Shown here in pieces: positions 14,250 through 27,118 of a stretch of 64,000 bases of DNA (its first letter is position 1; each line of letters starts with the position of its first letter). The stretch comes from the human T2T-CHM13v2.0 reference genome, Homo sapiens. The stretch lies in NCBI RefSeq assembly GCF_009914755.1, contig NC_060929.1; one strand, written 5' to 3'. The notes below the pieces were generated by a model. The model was given only the letters and a program-made list of their open reading frames with translations, had not been told where the DNA came from and made no database searches. Position numbers and translations under genes: made by a program.

Positions 14250-15990
14250 CAAGCATGTAAATTGCCACGGATATTGAGTCTTCAGGTATTAGTGTGCTCG
14301 GAGCTAGTAAGCAACAATAAGGCCTAAAAGATCTGAGCAGTAGTCTACTCCTCAAAGCAAAGTGATCTTAGTAGTACCAGGTTCTCTTCTGTCAGGCAAG
14401 GAGGAGGGTTCACTTACAATATTATCATCAGGTCTTCTCAGGGCCGTCCAGGTTTTCCTTCATTCAAGGGCCTGTGGACTATCTGACTGAGCCAGGCTTG
14501 AGAATTCAGTAATAAAACGATTATCTTCTCTTATAATGGGTGGTCAGACCTAGAGGATATTTTTGTTTTCTTGTTCTGTTTTGTTTTTATGTTTTTTTAA
14601 CCCAGAAAAAATAGGTGGCTCTAGGAAGCTGCCTGTTCATTTTGCCTCTAACAAGCCTATGATATATTAGCAACCACCCAAATCTCTGTGGGTCAGGCCA
14701 TTTGGATTATCTTGCCAGTAACAAATCTACTTTGCCTCTGAGATTAAGTGCCGCTATGTCACCCAGGATTTTAATTGCCACATTGGAGTCAGGGAGACCA
14801 TTTCAACTGCATCCCATATCAGCACTGGCAGCCTCAAAGAGGAGCCACTAGTGTATTTTTAAATATGCTGATAAGCCTCTCATCAACTCCTGTCATTTCT
14901 CAAGGCCTTGGAGAAAGGAGTAGTTTCTAGACCTTCTTGAGAGTCATAAATTTCATATGATCAATGCTCTCTAGCATCGCAATCTCCTGGCCTTTGATTT
15001 TTTTCTTCACCAATACACCAAGGAAGTTCTGAACTGAATGGAAGTTAGAGATTATTTAGTCCACTCATAGAAAGCCCGTGAGTTTCAGCACGCGCTTTAA
15101 GCTGATAACTTTGAAATTTGGGCCTCTCATTGGCCTTTTGTAAGGCCATTAGAAGTAGATACCCGACCCCAAAATTCTTATATTCTATATGGCAAATATA
15201 TGGTTGCAGATAATTCTGCTTTCAGTGCATTATTTAATTCCAGGAGATCGCAGACAATAATTTAAAGAAAATCTTTGTCATGATGTGTCATGGACTGACA
15301 GATTCTCAGTAATAAATATAAACAATATTCTTGGCCTCCAACTCTAACTACATACAACTCCCTGGATTTTTCTGTGGTCCCTTTGACTGCAACCTGCTCC
15401 CCGATACTAACTTGTCTAAGTCATGGTTCTTACTTGTAGCAACAGAACTGGATTCCGGCTCACCTTGGCAAAAAACAGTTTAATGGAATGACGTCATTGT
15501 GTAGATTAAAGAATTGATGGAAGGCTAAAAAAAACCAAGCTGTGAAACAAGGAGAAACCACAGGAAGCTGTCATTATAGCCAAGCCCCTGCCGCTGGAAC
15601 AGCTGGTGAAGATGCTGGTGCATTGTCTCAGGATACTAAACAAACTACTGGCACCATCACCACCACAATCCCTGGACAATTCTGTTGAGAGGAAATCTAA
15701 AGTGCTCTTACCTTTGTGTTACTTGTTTCAGATTTGCCACCTATGGACATTCTATTAGCTGAGGTCATAAACCTGTACCCCAGTAGATAATGAGAATGAA
15801 AACCTAGACTATTATAATACTCTAGTGGAAATCAATCCCCATTTACCACCCCAAACCAGCACAATTCTTACCTGTGGGATTCCTATAATACATAACATGG
15901 GAAGGGGATTCCCATAATTCTCATCTGTGGGATTCACATAATGAGAAAAGAGGTCAAATAGTGGTCAGCCAAAACCTTAACAAATCAAAT
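14250..15990 (-). mobile_element. ERVL-class provirus remnant: LTR33-like LTR (~15412-15990), PBS-like leader and gag fragment
   Basis: Minus strand near 14960-15030 gives ELPWCIGEEKNQR (cf. ERVL gag PELPWY.VEEGIQRLREIGMLE); gttcttacttgtagcaacagaac resembles an antisense LTR33 end; TAGTATCGGGGAGCAGG lies just inside the LTR. Left boundary uncertain. Confidence 0.55.
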
Positions 15991-17547
15991 GTCACAATAT
16001 CCTATCGACTTTAAATTCTATTTTCATTTCATGCTAATGGTTACCTTCCCATCTCTAGTCAACAAATAAAGGGAGTACTGTTCAAACTTTTTTTCTTTGC
16101 CAATGGACCCCTTTTTGTCTAAGAATAATTCTGATAACCATTTTTACTCACCCTTCTGTCTCTCTCTGTCTCTGTTTCTTTCTCTGTCTCTTACACACAC
16201 ACATACACATTTTGAATACCTGAAATAATCATAGAACTGTAAACAAAAAAGGCCTATATCAGTCTCATGTGAGTCAACCTCTTACCTCTGGGAAAACAGT
16301 GACATGGATATGGATGGCATTGTCTTTAGTTTCAGTCATTCAATTATCCAATAAACATTTATTGATTATTTAGCAAATGAGGGCATTCCTTCTAAGACTT
16401 GACACTACAAATAGTGTTGGAATTAAGCATCTTGCTAACTGGGAGAAAGGTATCACATTGTATAATGCAAGAAGCTTAAGATTTGTGTCAGACACAGTGA
16501 TTTTAAGTCTTCAGGTAATGATCATTATAGTGATGATCATTGGTACTCAGTGGGATGCAGCTCAAAGGAATGCAATGGAAAAGTCCAAGCAGGGAGCTCT
16601 TGGCCCTGGATCAGTATTTCTTAATCTTGGAATTGGAGTCTCAACGGTTCTGTGTAAATTATGAGTGAAACTTTCAGTAGCAATGAAATTCCTGTATATA
16701 AGATCTAAGTGGTATGTGGAAAGGCCTAAAATATGGCCTTATATTTTCATAAAGCCAGAGAACTTTATTATAACATACTTTACTGCTTTGAGAATAACAT
16801 ACTTTATTGTTTTGAAGGTTGGGGATTCTCATTTTTAGATTTTTAATCTTGACCTCTTTTACTATTGAGAGGATCTTAAATACCTATTTAGGCAGAACAA
16901 ATTCCTATATTGAGTTTTATATGTAACCCAAACAAACCTGAGACAGCCATGTGCTACGCTCAGAAATAAAACACAAGTCCCACATGCCTCCTCCTGTCCC
17001 AATAAGAATAGAAATAAATTTCATATGCCTTAAATGCATATATGCATAACTCATAACAAAACTTTGTAATAATCTCTTTTATTTATCACTTTTTCCAAAG
17101 CCCTTTTATCACTGCATAGAGGTTGCCCCTACAACATTTTGTATTACTTTCTCGAAAATTTCAATAAAACTCTCAAAACTCAGTTTTCACAGACTATTTT
17201 CTTTCTTGTTCTTTTTCCTTCCTTCCCAGTTTTTTTATTTTCATTTAAAAATATTGCTCTTCATACTAATAGGATTTGAAAGACCAGCTTTCATTCTTTT
17301 CACCCATTACTTGGCCCAGGTGCTGAGCAGGGGGGATTTAACATGTCCATTAGAAGGCAAAAGAGAGGGAAGCCTATATATATTTCTATCTTTTAATTTT
17401 GTGTGTCATATATTATTATGCTGACACTCGTCAATACATTTTTCTTTCATAATAGTCTGGAAGGCACAAAACAGTGATTGCATCTAGGGAGCAGAATTTT
17501 GGGATGGTGAGGGGGTAGGACAAAGTCATATATTGAAATGACAATTA

Positions 17548-17607
17548 TTAGGTTGGTGCAAATGTAATTGCAGTTTTTGCCATTTGGTGCCATTTGCACC
17601 AGCCTAA
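17548..17607. mobile_element. MADE1 (Hsmar1-derived MITE), internally deleted
   Basis: ttaggttggtgcaaa...tttgcaccagcctaa TIRs with TA on both sides. Confidence 0.9.
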
Positions 17608-17689
17608 TATAAATAGATGCTATATCAGTGAAGACTGAATAGAAACACCACGTGCTATAATGACATAAAGCAGCAATGAGACCTAACTT

Positions 17690-18165
17690 GGTACTTCTGA
17701 TGCTTGCGAAGAAGAAAGGTATGTGAAGAATAAGGAGGAGTTGTCATTGTTAATCTACAGGATGAGAAGGGACATGTTTCCATTAGAGGAAATGGTAATG
17801 TATACACAGAGACAGGAAAAACTATAGTATGCTATAAGAATTTAGAAAAATCCAAAAGGGAAGAATAGAATGTGATGGGACTGAAAATACGAAAGGACTG
17901 GGATCACGCAGGGCCTTTAGATTTTGTTAAGGAGTTTGAATTTTGTCCTGAGAGTAACTAGAGAATGACTGGAGGATTTTAATCAGAGGATATTATTTTC
18001 ATTTTAAATGATCACTGTGGCCACAGAGTAAAGATTGGAATGTGGTAGAGCAAAGTGGAAGCAGGAGAAAGGTTAACAAAGTGTTGCAGTGGTACCACGG
18101 AAAGATGACTGCATCAGCTTAGTGCTAGAAGCACTAGAGAGAGGTGAGGAATTTAGGAGCTAAAG
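17690..18165 (-). mobile_element. L2 remnant
   Basis: cagggcctttagattttgttaaggagtttgaattttgtcctgagag...gatcactgtggc antisense L2 motifs. Confidence 0.6.
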
Positions 18166-18175
18166 AAAAGAAAAA

Positions 18176-18400
18176 GAGAACACACGGACACAGGGAGGGG
18201 AACAATTCACATCGGGCCAGTTGTGGGTTGGGGGGCAAGGGGAGAGCATTAGGAAAAATATCTAATGCATGCGGAGCTTAAACCCTAGATGATGGGTTGA
18301 TAGGTGCAGCAAACCACAATGGCACACGTAAACCTAAGTAACAAACCTACACATTCCACACATGAATCCCAGAACTTAAAAAAAAAAAAAAAAAAAAAAA
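18176..18400 (+). mobile_element. L1PA 3'UTR fragment with poly-A
   Basis: gaacacacggacacagggagggg...gatgggttgataggtgcagcaaaccac...cagaactt then A-run. Confidence 0.9.
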
Positions 18401-18449
18401 ACCCATGACTTGACTGGTTGGATGTGAGTGATAAAAAGATGCATGAGTT

Positions 18450-18755
18450 GGCCGGGTGCAGTGGCTCACGCCTGTAATCCCAGCACTTTGGGAGGCCAAA
18501 GCAGGTGGATCACCTGAGGTCAGGAGTTTAAGACAAGCCCGGCCAAGATGGTGAAACCCCATCTTTACTAAAAATACAAAAATTAGCCTGGTGTGGTGGT
18601 GGGCACCTGTAATCCCAGCTACGCAGGAGGCTGAGGCAGAGAATTGCTTGAACCCAGGAGGTGGAGGTTGCAGTGAGCCAAGATTGCGCCACTGTACTCC
18701 AGCCTAAGCAACAGAGTGAGACTCCGTCTCAAAAAAAAAAAAAAAAAAAAAAAAA
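18450..18755 (+). mobile_element. AluS (Sx-like), full length
   Basis: ggccgggtgcagtggctcacgcc...poly-A; gcatgagt duplicated on both flanks. Confidence 0.95.
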
Positions 18756-18919
18756 GCATGAGTCAAGGACGGCTTCTTAGGTTCATGGTTCGAGCATTTG
18801 GGTGGATGATAGTGACTCTCACTTACCTGTGGAATCTTGAGGAAGGTCCCTATTCCCTTAACATTTAGTCACTAATGGCTAAAAATGAAACACTGAGAGT
18901 GTCACATATTTAGCTTAAG

Positions 18920-19994
18920 TCTTTCTGTAAATAGAGTCATCGAGATATAATTTATATACAAAACATTTAACCATTGTGAAGTGTACTATTTGAATGATTT
19001 GTGAAAAATATATACAGTTGTGTAATGAGTACCTTAATTGTGATAAAGAAGATTTTTATCACCTAAAATAGTTCCCTCATAGCCCTTTTCCCTCTTTGCC
19101 CCCAAGACCATCCCTAGCTCCTGGGACTGAACTGCTTTAATTACTTCAGTATTATCTTTTCTCCACTTTCATATAAAGGGAAGCTTCTTTCACTTAGAAT
19201 AATGCTTTTGCAATTCATCCATTTTTGCATGCATCAATGGTTCTTTTCTTTTCATTGCTGACTTATGTTCTGCAATCTACTACAATTTGTCTATCTATTC
19301 ATCAGTTGATTGACATATAGGTTTTTAGTTTGGGGCCATTATAAATAAAGCTGACATAAAATTCACATGAAAGTCTTGTGTATACCTACATTAATTTTTC
19401 TTGGGTAAATATCTAGGAATTGTGTTGGTGAGTTGTTGGGTAAATGTATATTTAAGAATCATAAGAATCTGTCAAACTGTTTTCCAAAGTGTCTATGCTA
19501 ATGCTTTCACATGAACAATGCATGAGAGTTTCAGGTGTTCCACACCCTTGCAAACATTTGGTAATGTAGATAATTTTTATTCACTCTAATAGGTGTGTAG
19601 TGTTGTCTCCTTGTGGGTTCAATTTGCACTTAACGTGCATTGTCCTAGTTACTAATAATGTTGGCTATCTATATACAAAAATATGAACCTTGATGCTTAT
19701 CCTACCTCATTTATCAAAATTAGGTCAAAATGGATAATAGTCCTAAAATTAAGAGTAAAAATTTTAGATCTAGAAAAAAAGTAGGAGAAAAGGATTTGAT
19801 CTTGGCTTAGGAAACACTTCTTAGAAAACCAGAAAGACATTCTATAAAGGACAAATTAATAAATTGGACTTCATCAAAATTAAAAACTTTTGCTCTTTAA
19901 GATATCATTTAGTAAATAAAGGGCAAGCTACAAACTAGGACAAAATATTTACAAACTATGTATCTGTTAAAGGATTTTATTGAGAATATCTACA
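18920..19994. mobile_element. L1M(B/C) 3' end on - strand (18920-19668) joined to an inverted ORF2 segment on + strand (19670-19994)
   Basis: Antisense 3'UTR/ORF2-end motifs, then sense aaattggacttcatcaaaattaaaaacttttgctc. Confidence 0.7.
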
Positions 19995-19996
19995 TA

Positions 19997-20655
<659 letters not shown>

Positions 20656-20659
20656 TATA

Positions 20660-21950
20660 TGTCTTCTTGTTTGCATAAGTTTTGAGGAGAAGTTTGCTGT
20701 CATTCTTAACTTTGTTTCTATAGATAATCTGTCTTTTTCCTCTGGCTGCTTTTCACATTTTCTATTTCCTTTCTGTTTTTAGCAATTTGCTTAAGATATG
20801 CCTTGGCAAAGTTTTATTAAGTATGTTATGCTTGCATGTATACATTATAGTTTTCATCAAATTTGGAAAATTTTCAGCCATTATTTTTTCAAATAGTTTC
20901 TCTTCCCATTTCCATTTCTCCTCTTCTTCTAAAACTCCAAGTACTTATATATTAGATATCTCGTTATTATCCCACAGTTCACCAACACTCAAGTCAACTC
21001 TTATCTTTTTCTTTCTGTGCTTCACTTTGGATAGTTAGTTTCTTTTGCTATGTCTTCAAGTTCACAGATACTTTTTTTGGCAGTATCTAATCTGCTGTCA
21101 ATACCACCCAGTACATTTTTCATGTAAAATATTGTATTTTCCATCTCTATAATTTCAAATTGGGTCTTTTTATGTCACTCTTGATCAGGTTCATGCTTTC
21201 CTCTATCTTCATATACATTTACAGCATATCTGTAATAGCTGTTTAATGTTTTTGTTGGCTTATTTTATTACTTCTGTCATGTCTGGATCTGTTTTTACTA
21301 AGTGACTTTTCTCCTTGTTATGAGTCATTTTTTTCCCATGCTTGGAATTTATAATTGGATTTCCAGAGAATGAAAACTTTACATTGTTGTTGTTGTTGTT
21401 TTAAAATATTATTATTCCTAGCCAAGTGCGGTGTCGCATGCCTGTACCCTAGCCCTTTGGGAGGCTGAGACAGGTGGATTGCTTGAGTCCAGGAGTTTGA
21501 GACCGACCTGGGCAACATGGCAAAACTCCATCTCTACCAAAAATACAAAAATTAATCAGGCATGGTGGTGTATGCCTGTAGTCCCAGCTACTCAGGATGC
21601 TGAGGTGAAGGGACTGCTTAAGCCCAGGAGGTCAAGATTGCAGTGAGCCATGATTGAGCCACTGCACTCCAGCCTGGGCAATGAAGTGAGACCCTGTCTA
21701 AATGAAAAAGTATATATCTATATATATAATAATAATTATTAAGTAAAATGGACCTTGTTCTAGCAGGAAATTAAATTACTAGGAAACAGATGAACCATTT
21801 TGCAGCTATCTTTTAAGCCTTGTTGAGATAGGCCCACATGAAACCTTAATTACAAGGCTAATTTAATTTTATTACTAAGCAGATGCTTTTCTAAGAACAT
21901 TATCTAGTACCCCTTGTATTATGATGACCTTCCACTCTAGCCAGTTGGAA
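20660..21950 (-). mobile_element. Old L1M ORF1-region fragment, interrupted by an Alu
   Basis: ttcatcaaatttggaaaattttcagccattattttttcaaata and tgtcttcaagttcacagat antisense L1M motifs. Confidence 0.7.
21420..21710 (+). mobile_element. AluJ-like
   Basis: Dimeric Alu with J-type gcttgagtccaggagtttgagacc and gagccatgattgagcc. Confidence 0.9.
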
Positions 21951-22124
21951 CTCATCACATTTGGAGTATTCTTTGGCCTTTAACGCTTTATGCCTCCCCG
22001 TCCCACCACTCACCCTATGCTGTAGGTGGTTTCTTCACATACATGTAGAAATCAGAACATAGACAATTAATTCAAAGTTCTTCCAGAAAACATCCAGAAT
22101 TCTCCCTTCCTCTCTTTGTCATAG

Positions 22125-22954
22125 CGAATATTAGAGACATCTCAATTGGTTCAATTTACATTATCCTGACCAAACAAATTAAAATTGATCAAACTTTCCA
22201 CCTGATGGCTGCCAAAACCATTGCACCCAGCTCAGCTACAAACAATAGCAGGGCTTTCAATGGAAATTTTAAATCAGTGGTACCAAAACACTGAAGCATT
22301 TCTTTGATGAATTGCAAAAGGAAATGGAATGTGGCTTCCCCAGTAAAATCCTGAAGACAAAGCACAATCAAAGCAATGGCTACCAAGAGGGGGAAGTGGT
22401 CCATTCAAAGCAAAAGCAGACCAATTAAGAGCAAAGGTCATGGCAACAGTTTTTGAGATGCTCAAGGAATTTTGCTTGTTGACTTTCTGGAGGGCCAAAG
22501 AATAATAACATCTGCTTATTATAAGGGTACTTTGAGAAAGCTAGCTAAAGCTTTAGCAGAAAATCTCTGGGAAAGCTTCACCAGAGTCCTTCTCCAAATG
22601 ACAATGCTCCTGCTCAGTCCTCTCATCAAACAAGGGCAATTTTGTGAGAGTTTTGATGAGAAATCATTAGGTATCCACCTTACAAGTCCTGATTTGGCTT
22701 CTTCTGACTTTATTTTCTAACCTTAATCTTCAAAAGGCATTCAATTTCCTTCAGTTAATAATGTAAAAAAGACTGCATTGACATGGGTAAATACCCCACA
22801 GCTTTCAGTTCTTCAGGGATGGGGTAAGAGGCTAGTATCATGGCTTACAAAAGTGTCTTGAACTTGATGGAGCTTATGTTGAGAAATAAAGTTTATATTT
22901 TTTTTATTTTTGCCTTTTACTTCCATTTTCCACATACTTTTTGAAGTTCTCTAG
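22125..22954 (+). mobile_element. Hsmar2 mariner transposase remnant with 3' TIR
   Basis: cctgaagacaaagcacaatcaaagcaatggctaccaagagggggaagtggtcca (PEDKAQSKQWLPRGGSGP), LLVDFLEGQRIITSAYY, SPDLASSDF; ends tttttgaagttctctag-TA; stops and frameshifts. Confidence 0.88.
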
Positions 22955-22960
22955 TAATTT

Positions 22961-23450
22961 ATGGTCAAGGCAGACAATGATGGTTTTAAAAATATGTCCA
23001 CAAATTCTTTGATATTTCCCCATTTGAATGTTGGCTGGACTTAGTGACTTGTTTTTTATGATGAGAATATGATAGAAGTGGTGGTATGTCACTTTCAAGA
23101 TTAGGTTTAAAAAGACCATGGCTATATTTTGGGTGCTCTCTCTCTCAGATCACTTGTTCTGGGGGAATGCATGTAATGAGCAGCCCCTATGGGAAAACCT
23201 GTGTAGCAAGATGCTGAGCTTCCTGTCAATAACCAAGTGAGTTTGAAAGCAGAACCTCTTCTTCCAGTTAAGTCTGCTGAAATTATAGCTCTGGCCAAGA
23301 GTTTGACTGCAAACTTGAGAGACAGCCTTAATCAGAAATACCTGGGCTTATCCAGGCTTCGATTCCTGACTCTCAGAAACTATGTCAGATGATAAATTGT
23401 TTGTTGTTTTAAACTGCTAAGGTTGTTATGTAGCAATAGATAACTGATTC
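22961..23450 (+). mobile_element. MLT1F-like MaLR LTR
   Basis: aaaatatgtccacaaattctttgata...gttgttatgtagcaatagataactga. Confidence 0.75.
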
Positions 23451-25827
23451 ACTCTCTGTGTAGTTCCCTCCTTTCTGATACTCTGCCCTATAAATTCTAG
23501 CCTCCTTCTCTGCCTCCTCAACTCAGCTTGTCTTCAGGGCTCTGTTTGGCTTTCTTCTCTCTGTGTTAAGTCCTGAAACTGCCTCCAGGTTGTAAGCTGG
23601 GGAAATTGTAGTGATCAATTCATTTACTTCTCTTCTCTCCTAAGTCATAACCCTAGGCTGCCTGTTGTCCAATGTCTAAAAACTTTTATTATGTTTTCTA
23701 ATTTCCTAAGGTGAGAGTTAACTATGGTCCCTGTAATTCCATTATGGCCAGAACTAGCTTAGGACTTGATGTCAATTTAGATGTGAGTTCTACTGGGAGT
23801 TGGTATCTTCATGGAACTCAGTGAAAGGGTTCTTTGTATTTTCTCAAGATTTTAAGAATTTGGTTGGGGGAGGGCGGGTGGATTTAAGATTAGCTTAGGT
23901 TAATTTTAACCTAGGGTAAGATTAGGTTGTGAGGGGCTTAGTACCAGTGAGTGAAGAGAATAAGGGAGATTTGACAGCATCAAGGCCAACTTTCTATATG
24001 GAGAAGCCTGGATTATAAATGGCAATATCAGCACCAAAACAGTTGATTCCACTTACTCTGATGCTTTGTCATTTACCTCTTCTCCTTCTGTCCTTATTCT
24101 GAGAACACAAAAGCAGTGCTCTATTGGTGCTAGCTACCATCTGGTGACATATATAGTGATCTGTCTTACCAACATATTTTTCCCAGCTGCTCTTTTCTTT
24201 CCTCTAAGGTTGGTAATGCACACACATGCCTCAGTCCTGCCTTTTCTTCTCTATTTCACCACACACAGTTTACTCAATTCCAAATTAGGCTAGTTCTTTC
24301 TTTTATATACATAGGTACTTGAATTCACTTTAACGGACGCTCTCACTTGCATATCTAAGTCTCTCCTAGAGCACAAAAATTCCCCACACATTTCTCTCTT
24401 AGGCCTGTTCCTTCTGTAAACCAGATAAGTCATGTTGATAGTTGCTAATCACCAGCAGAGTTAGTGTTGCAACTCCTGATCAAGGAATTCAAACTGGAAC
24501 AAAATACCATAGACAAATCAATTTCTATCACTTTCTAAAGCACCTTGGAGAGAATTTCCTGATAATTTCTGAACCTATTCAGTGTAAATCCTTGAATTAG
24601 TCAGGGTGATATATAAAAGAAATCATTCCTACCTTTCAAAAACATTGATAGTCTAGTAGGAGAAATAAGTACATAAGTCATTAAAACCCAAATGACTTAT
24701 AAATGTCTCTAAAATATGTAAATAAATTATAACAGTATTTCAAAAGGGAAAAAAGAGAAGAGTTATCTGGGAATTAGACAAATCTTTCCATAACAATATT
24801 AACCTTTACCATGAAGGATTGGTAAAGATTATATATTAGTGGGAAAAAAAGGCAGCAATGCAAACTTACATTGGTAAGCTGTGCTTCTGAGTATATTTAA
24901 CTTAGTTATACAACTCATTTGGTTTTAAAAAATCATGAATGTACTCTAATAAATATATACAATTTAATATGCATTATTCCTTCAGTTCTGCTTTTTGTTG
25001 TTGTTGTTAAAATATGTGTGAGAAACGTGTTAAGACTCATCTCCTACTGGAGGTGTTTCATTGAAATTAGCTTTCAATCTAAATAGCTTGCTATACTCAA
25101 AAAATAAACTGCCTCTGATTTTTTGCCTAGCTTTAAATCTGTAAAATTGAGTCTCATGAAAAAAAGCATTTAGGTTTCTAAGTAACCCAGATATTTCTTG
25201 AGCATCTGGAAACCCACATGTTAGTTACTCCAGCATTAGAGATTTTATAAGACAGCGTTTAGAGGCAGATCACTCTTGACAAAGTCACCTTGAGTGTTTT
25301 TGCCTTTGTTTCTAAACTCTGGACAACTCAAAGAAAGTATTATAGGACTCAGCTAATTCAAACAATGGCTTTCCTTTGAAATAAGATCGTCTGCTTCCCT
25401 TAAAGGCATAGTAGTCACCTTTGACACAAGGAACAGAAGGTAAAATAACAAAGGAAGTGGTGAACCAACCTCAGTTCTGGAATTAAAAAAAAAAAAAACT
25501 GATTTGCATTAATTATCATTTCTAGGTGTCTGGCCTAGTCCAGAGGATGCAAATGGCAGTTCAGATCAATCATCCTTAAATCGGATGTGAACGCTTTGAT
25601 GTGGCTGAGGGAGAGTTGTGGAAAGGGGAGTAGGTACCATGAAGAGAATTGCAACAAAGGAAAAAAAAATATATGGGGTTGAATTGCCCCAAAGAGGACA
25701 GAAACAGCAAAAACATATTTTTTTATGTACAAGTAAAAAGTACAGAAGACAAAATAATCTCACCTGGTCTGAGATCTTTAGAATATAATGTTTAATGTTG
25801 ATTCCCTTACTCTTACTCCTTTTAGGA

Positions 25828-25830
<3 letters not shown>

Positions 25831-25866
<36 letters not shown>
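25831..25866 (+). repeat. (GT)18 microsatellite ~1.2 kb upstream of the ATG
   Basis: Perfect dinucleotide run. Confidence 0.98.
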
Positions 25867-25869
<3 letters not shown>

Positions 25870-27027
25870 GGGGTGGGGTAGGGGAAGGAGAGAAACTGAT
25901 AGTACTGATGAATGGGGAGCTAGAAAGACAAGGAAGGAAAAGAGGCTCTGAAACCTAAGGGTGCCTACTGTCCTGGGAAACTTTAAAGCATATTCCATGA
26001 CGAATTACATTATCTCCGGGCTTAGAAAATTCCGAAAAAGATGGGAAGACAAATCAAAGGCCTTTGATAAATGAGGCCTCAGTTTTGTGGTCAAGTCTGC
26101 ACTAATTTTTGCCTTGTGTGATGTGCGAATTTGACAAAAAGAGGCGCTGGATTGAGGAGTGGGATGGGAAGGGGGAGGCACCTCTACCTGCACACGGGGG
26201 CAGGGGATGGATGCAAATCAGGCCTTCCCGAGTGGCCAATCAATAGTCAGGTGAGGGATTTTGGGTCCCCACCCCATCCCAACCGGCGTTTGAGCACGTG
26301 CACGGTGTTCTGGGACCTTTGTCCCGCAAAGTCACGCTTGGCGGGCACCCCTTGGTCCCTTTTTCTGGTCAGATGTGCTTGATTCTTTTCTGCTCTACAA
26401 CCCACCTCTCTAGTCGTGTCTTCCCATCTCCCTACTCATTCCCTCCCGCGCCGCTGCGGGTGAGAGCCTTCAGCGGTGCGTCCTAAGGAGCGTGAGGAGT
26501 GTGCGGAGCTTGGCACACCAAGTTGCTGAGACTGTGACACCAGCCTCCGCCCGTTCCGCGCGGGTGCAGGCGGCGAGCCTCGGCTCGGACACCACAGCTC
26601 TCCTGCCCGCGCCGGGCAGTCCTCTGCCTGTCCAGAGGCAGCACTCCCGGCTCTCGGCTGGCTGTGGGTCTGTCTTGTGGGGCTCCAGCACTAGCCTGCT
26701 CGGCCTCGGAAACTCCTGCAGCGTCCAGAACACAGAAAATAGACTCATCTCCTAATTCGCCAGGGAGCTCGAGGGCTGCGGGGCCGCGGGGCTGCCTCCC
26801 CCGCTCCTCCCCCAACCCGACCCCACCCCACCCCCGCCAGGGCTTCGGCGGCCTCCCGGAGTCACACAGCCTACCCCCCCACCCCAACACCCCCTCCCCC
26901 GGCAGACAAAGGGCCTGGGCAAATTCGCCGCCCGGCCTCCTAGCGCTCCGGGGAGGCCGCTGCGCCCCGGAGTGGATCGCGCTGGAGGCGTGCGCCGGGC
27001 GAGAAGCCGCGGCCGCGGGAGCGCAGT

Positions 27028-27118
27028 ATGGGGAAGAACCGCGAGATGCGCCTGACTCACATCTGCTGCTGCTGCCTCCTTTACCAGCTGGGGTTCCTGT
27101 CGAATGGGATCGTTTCAG
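27028..27118 (+). CDS. ADAMTS19: ADAMTS19 coding exon 1 (signal peptide; MGKNREMRLTHICCCCLLYQLGFLSNGIVS + first base of Glu31)
   Basis: ATG at 27028 in strong Kozak context (agtATGg); hydrophobic signal-like segment; donor TCAG|gtaagt at 27118/27119; 91 nt (phase 1) joins in frame to exon 2 (G+AG=Glu). Peptide recognised as the ADAMTS19 N-terminus. Confidence 0.95.

Noticed and set aside
22472-22720. Transposase-like ORF as a functional or domesticated gene
   Set aside because: Fragment of a 5'-truncated Hsmar2 copy with stops and frameshifts.
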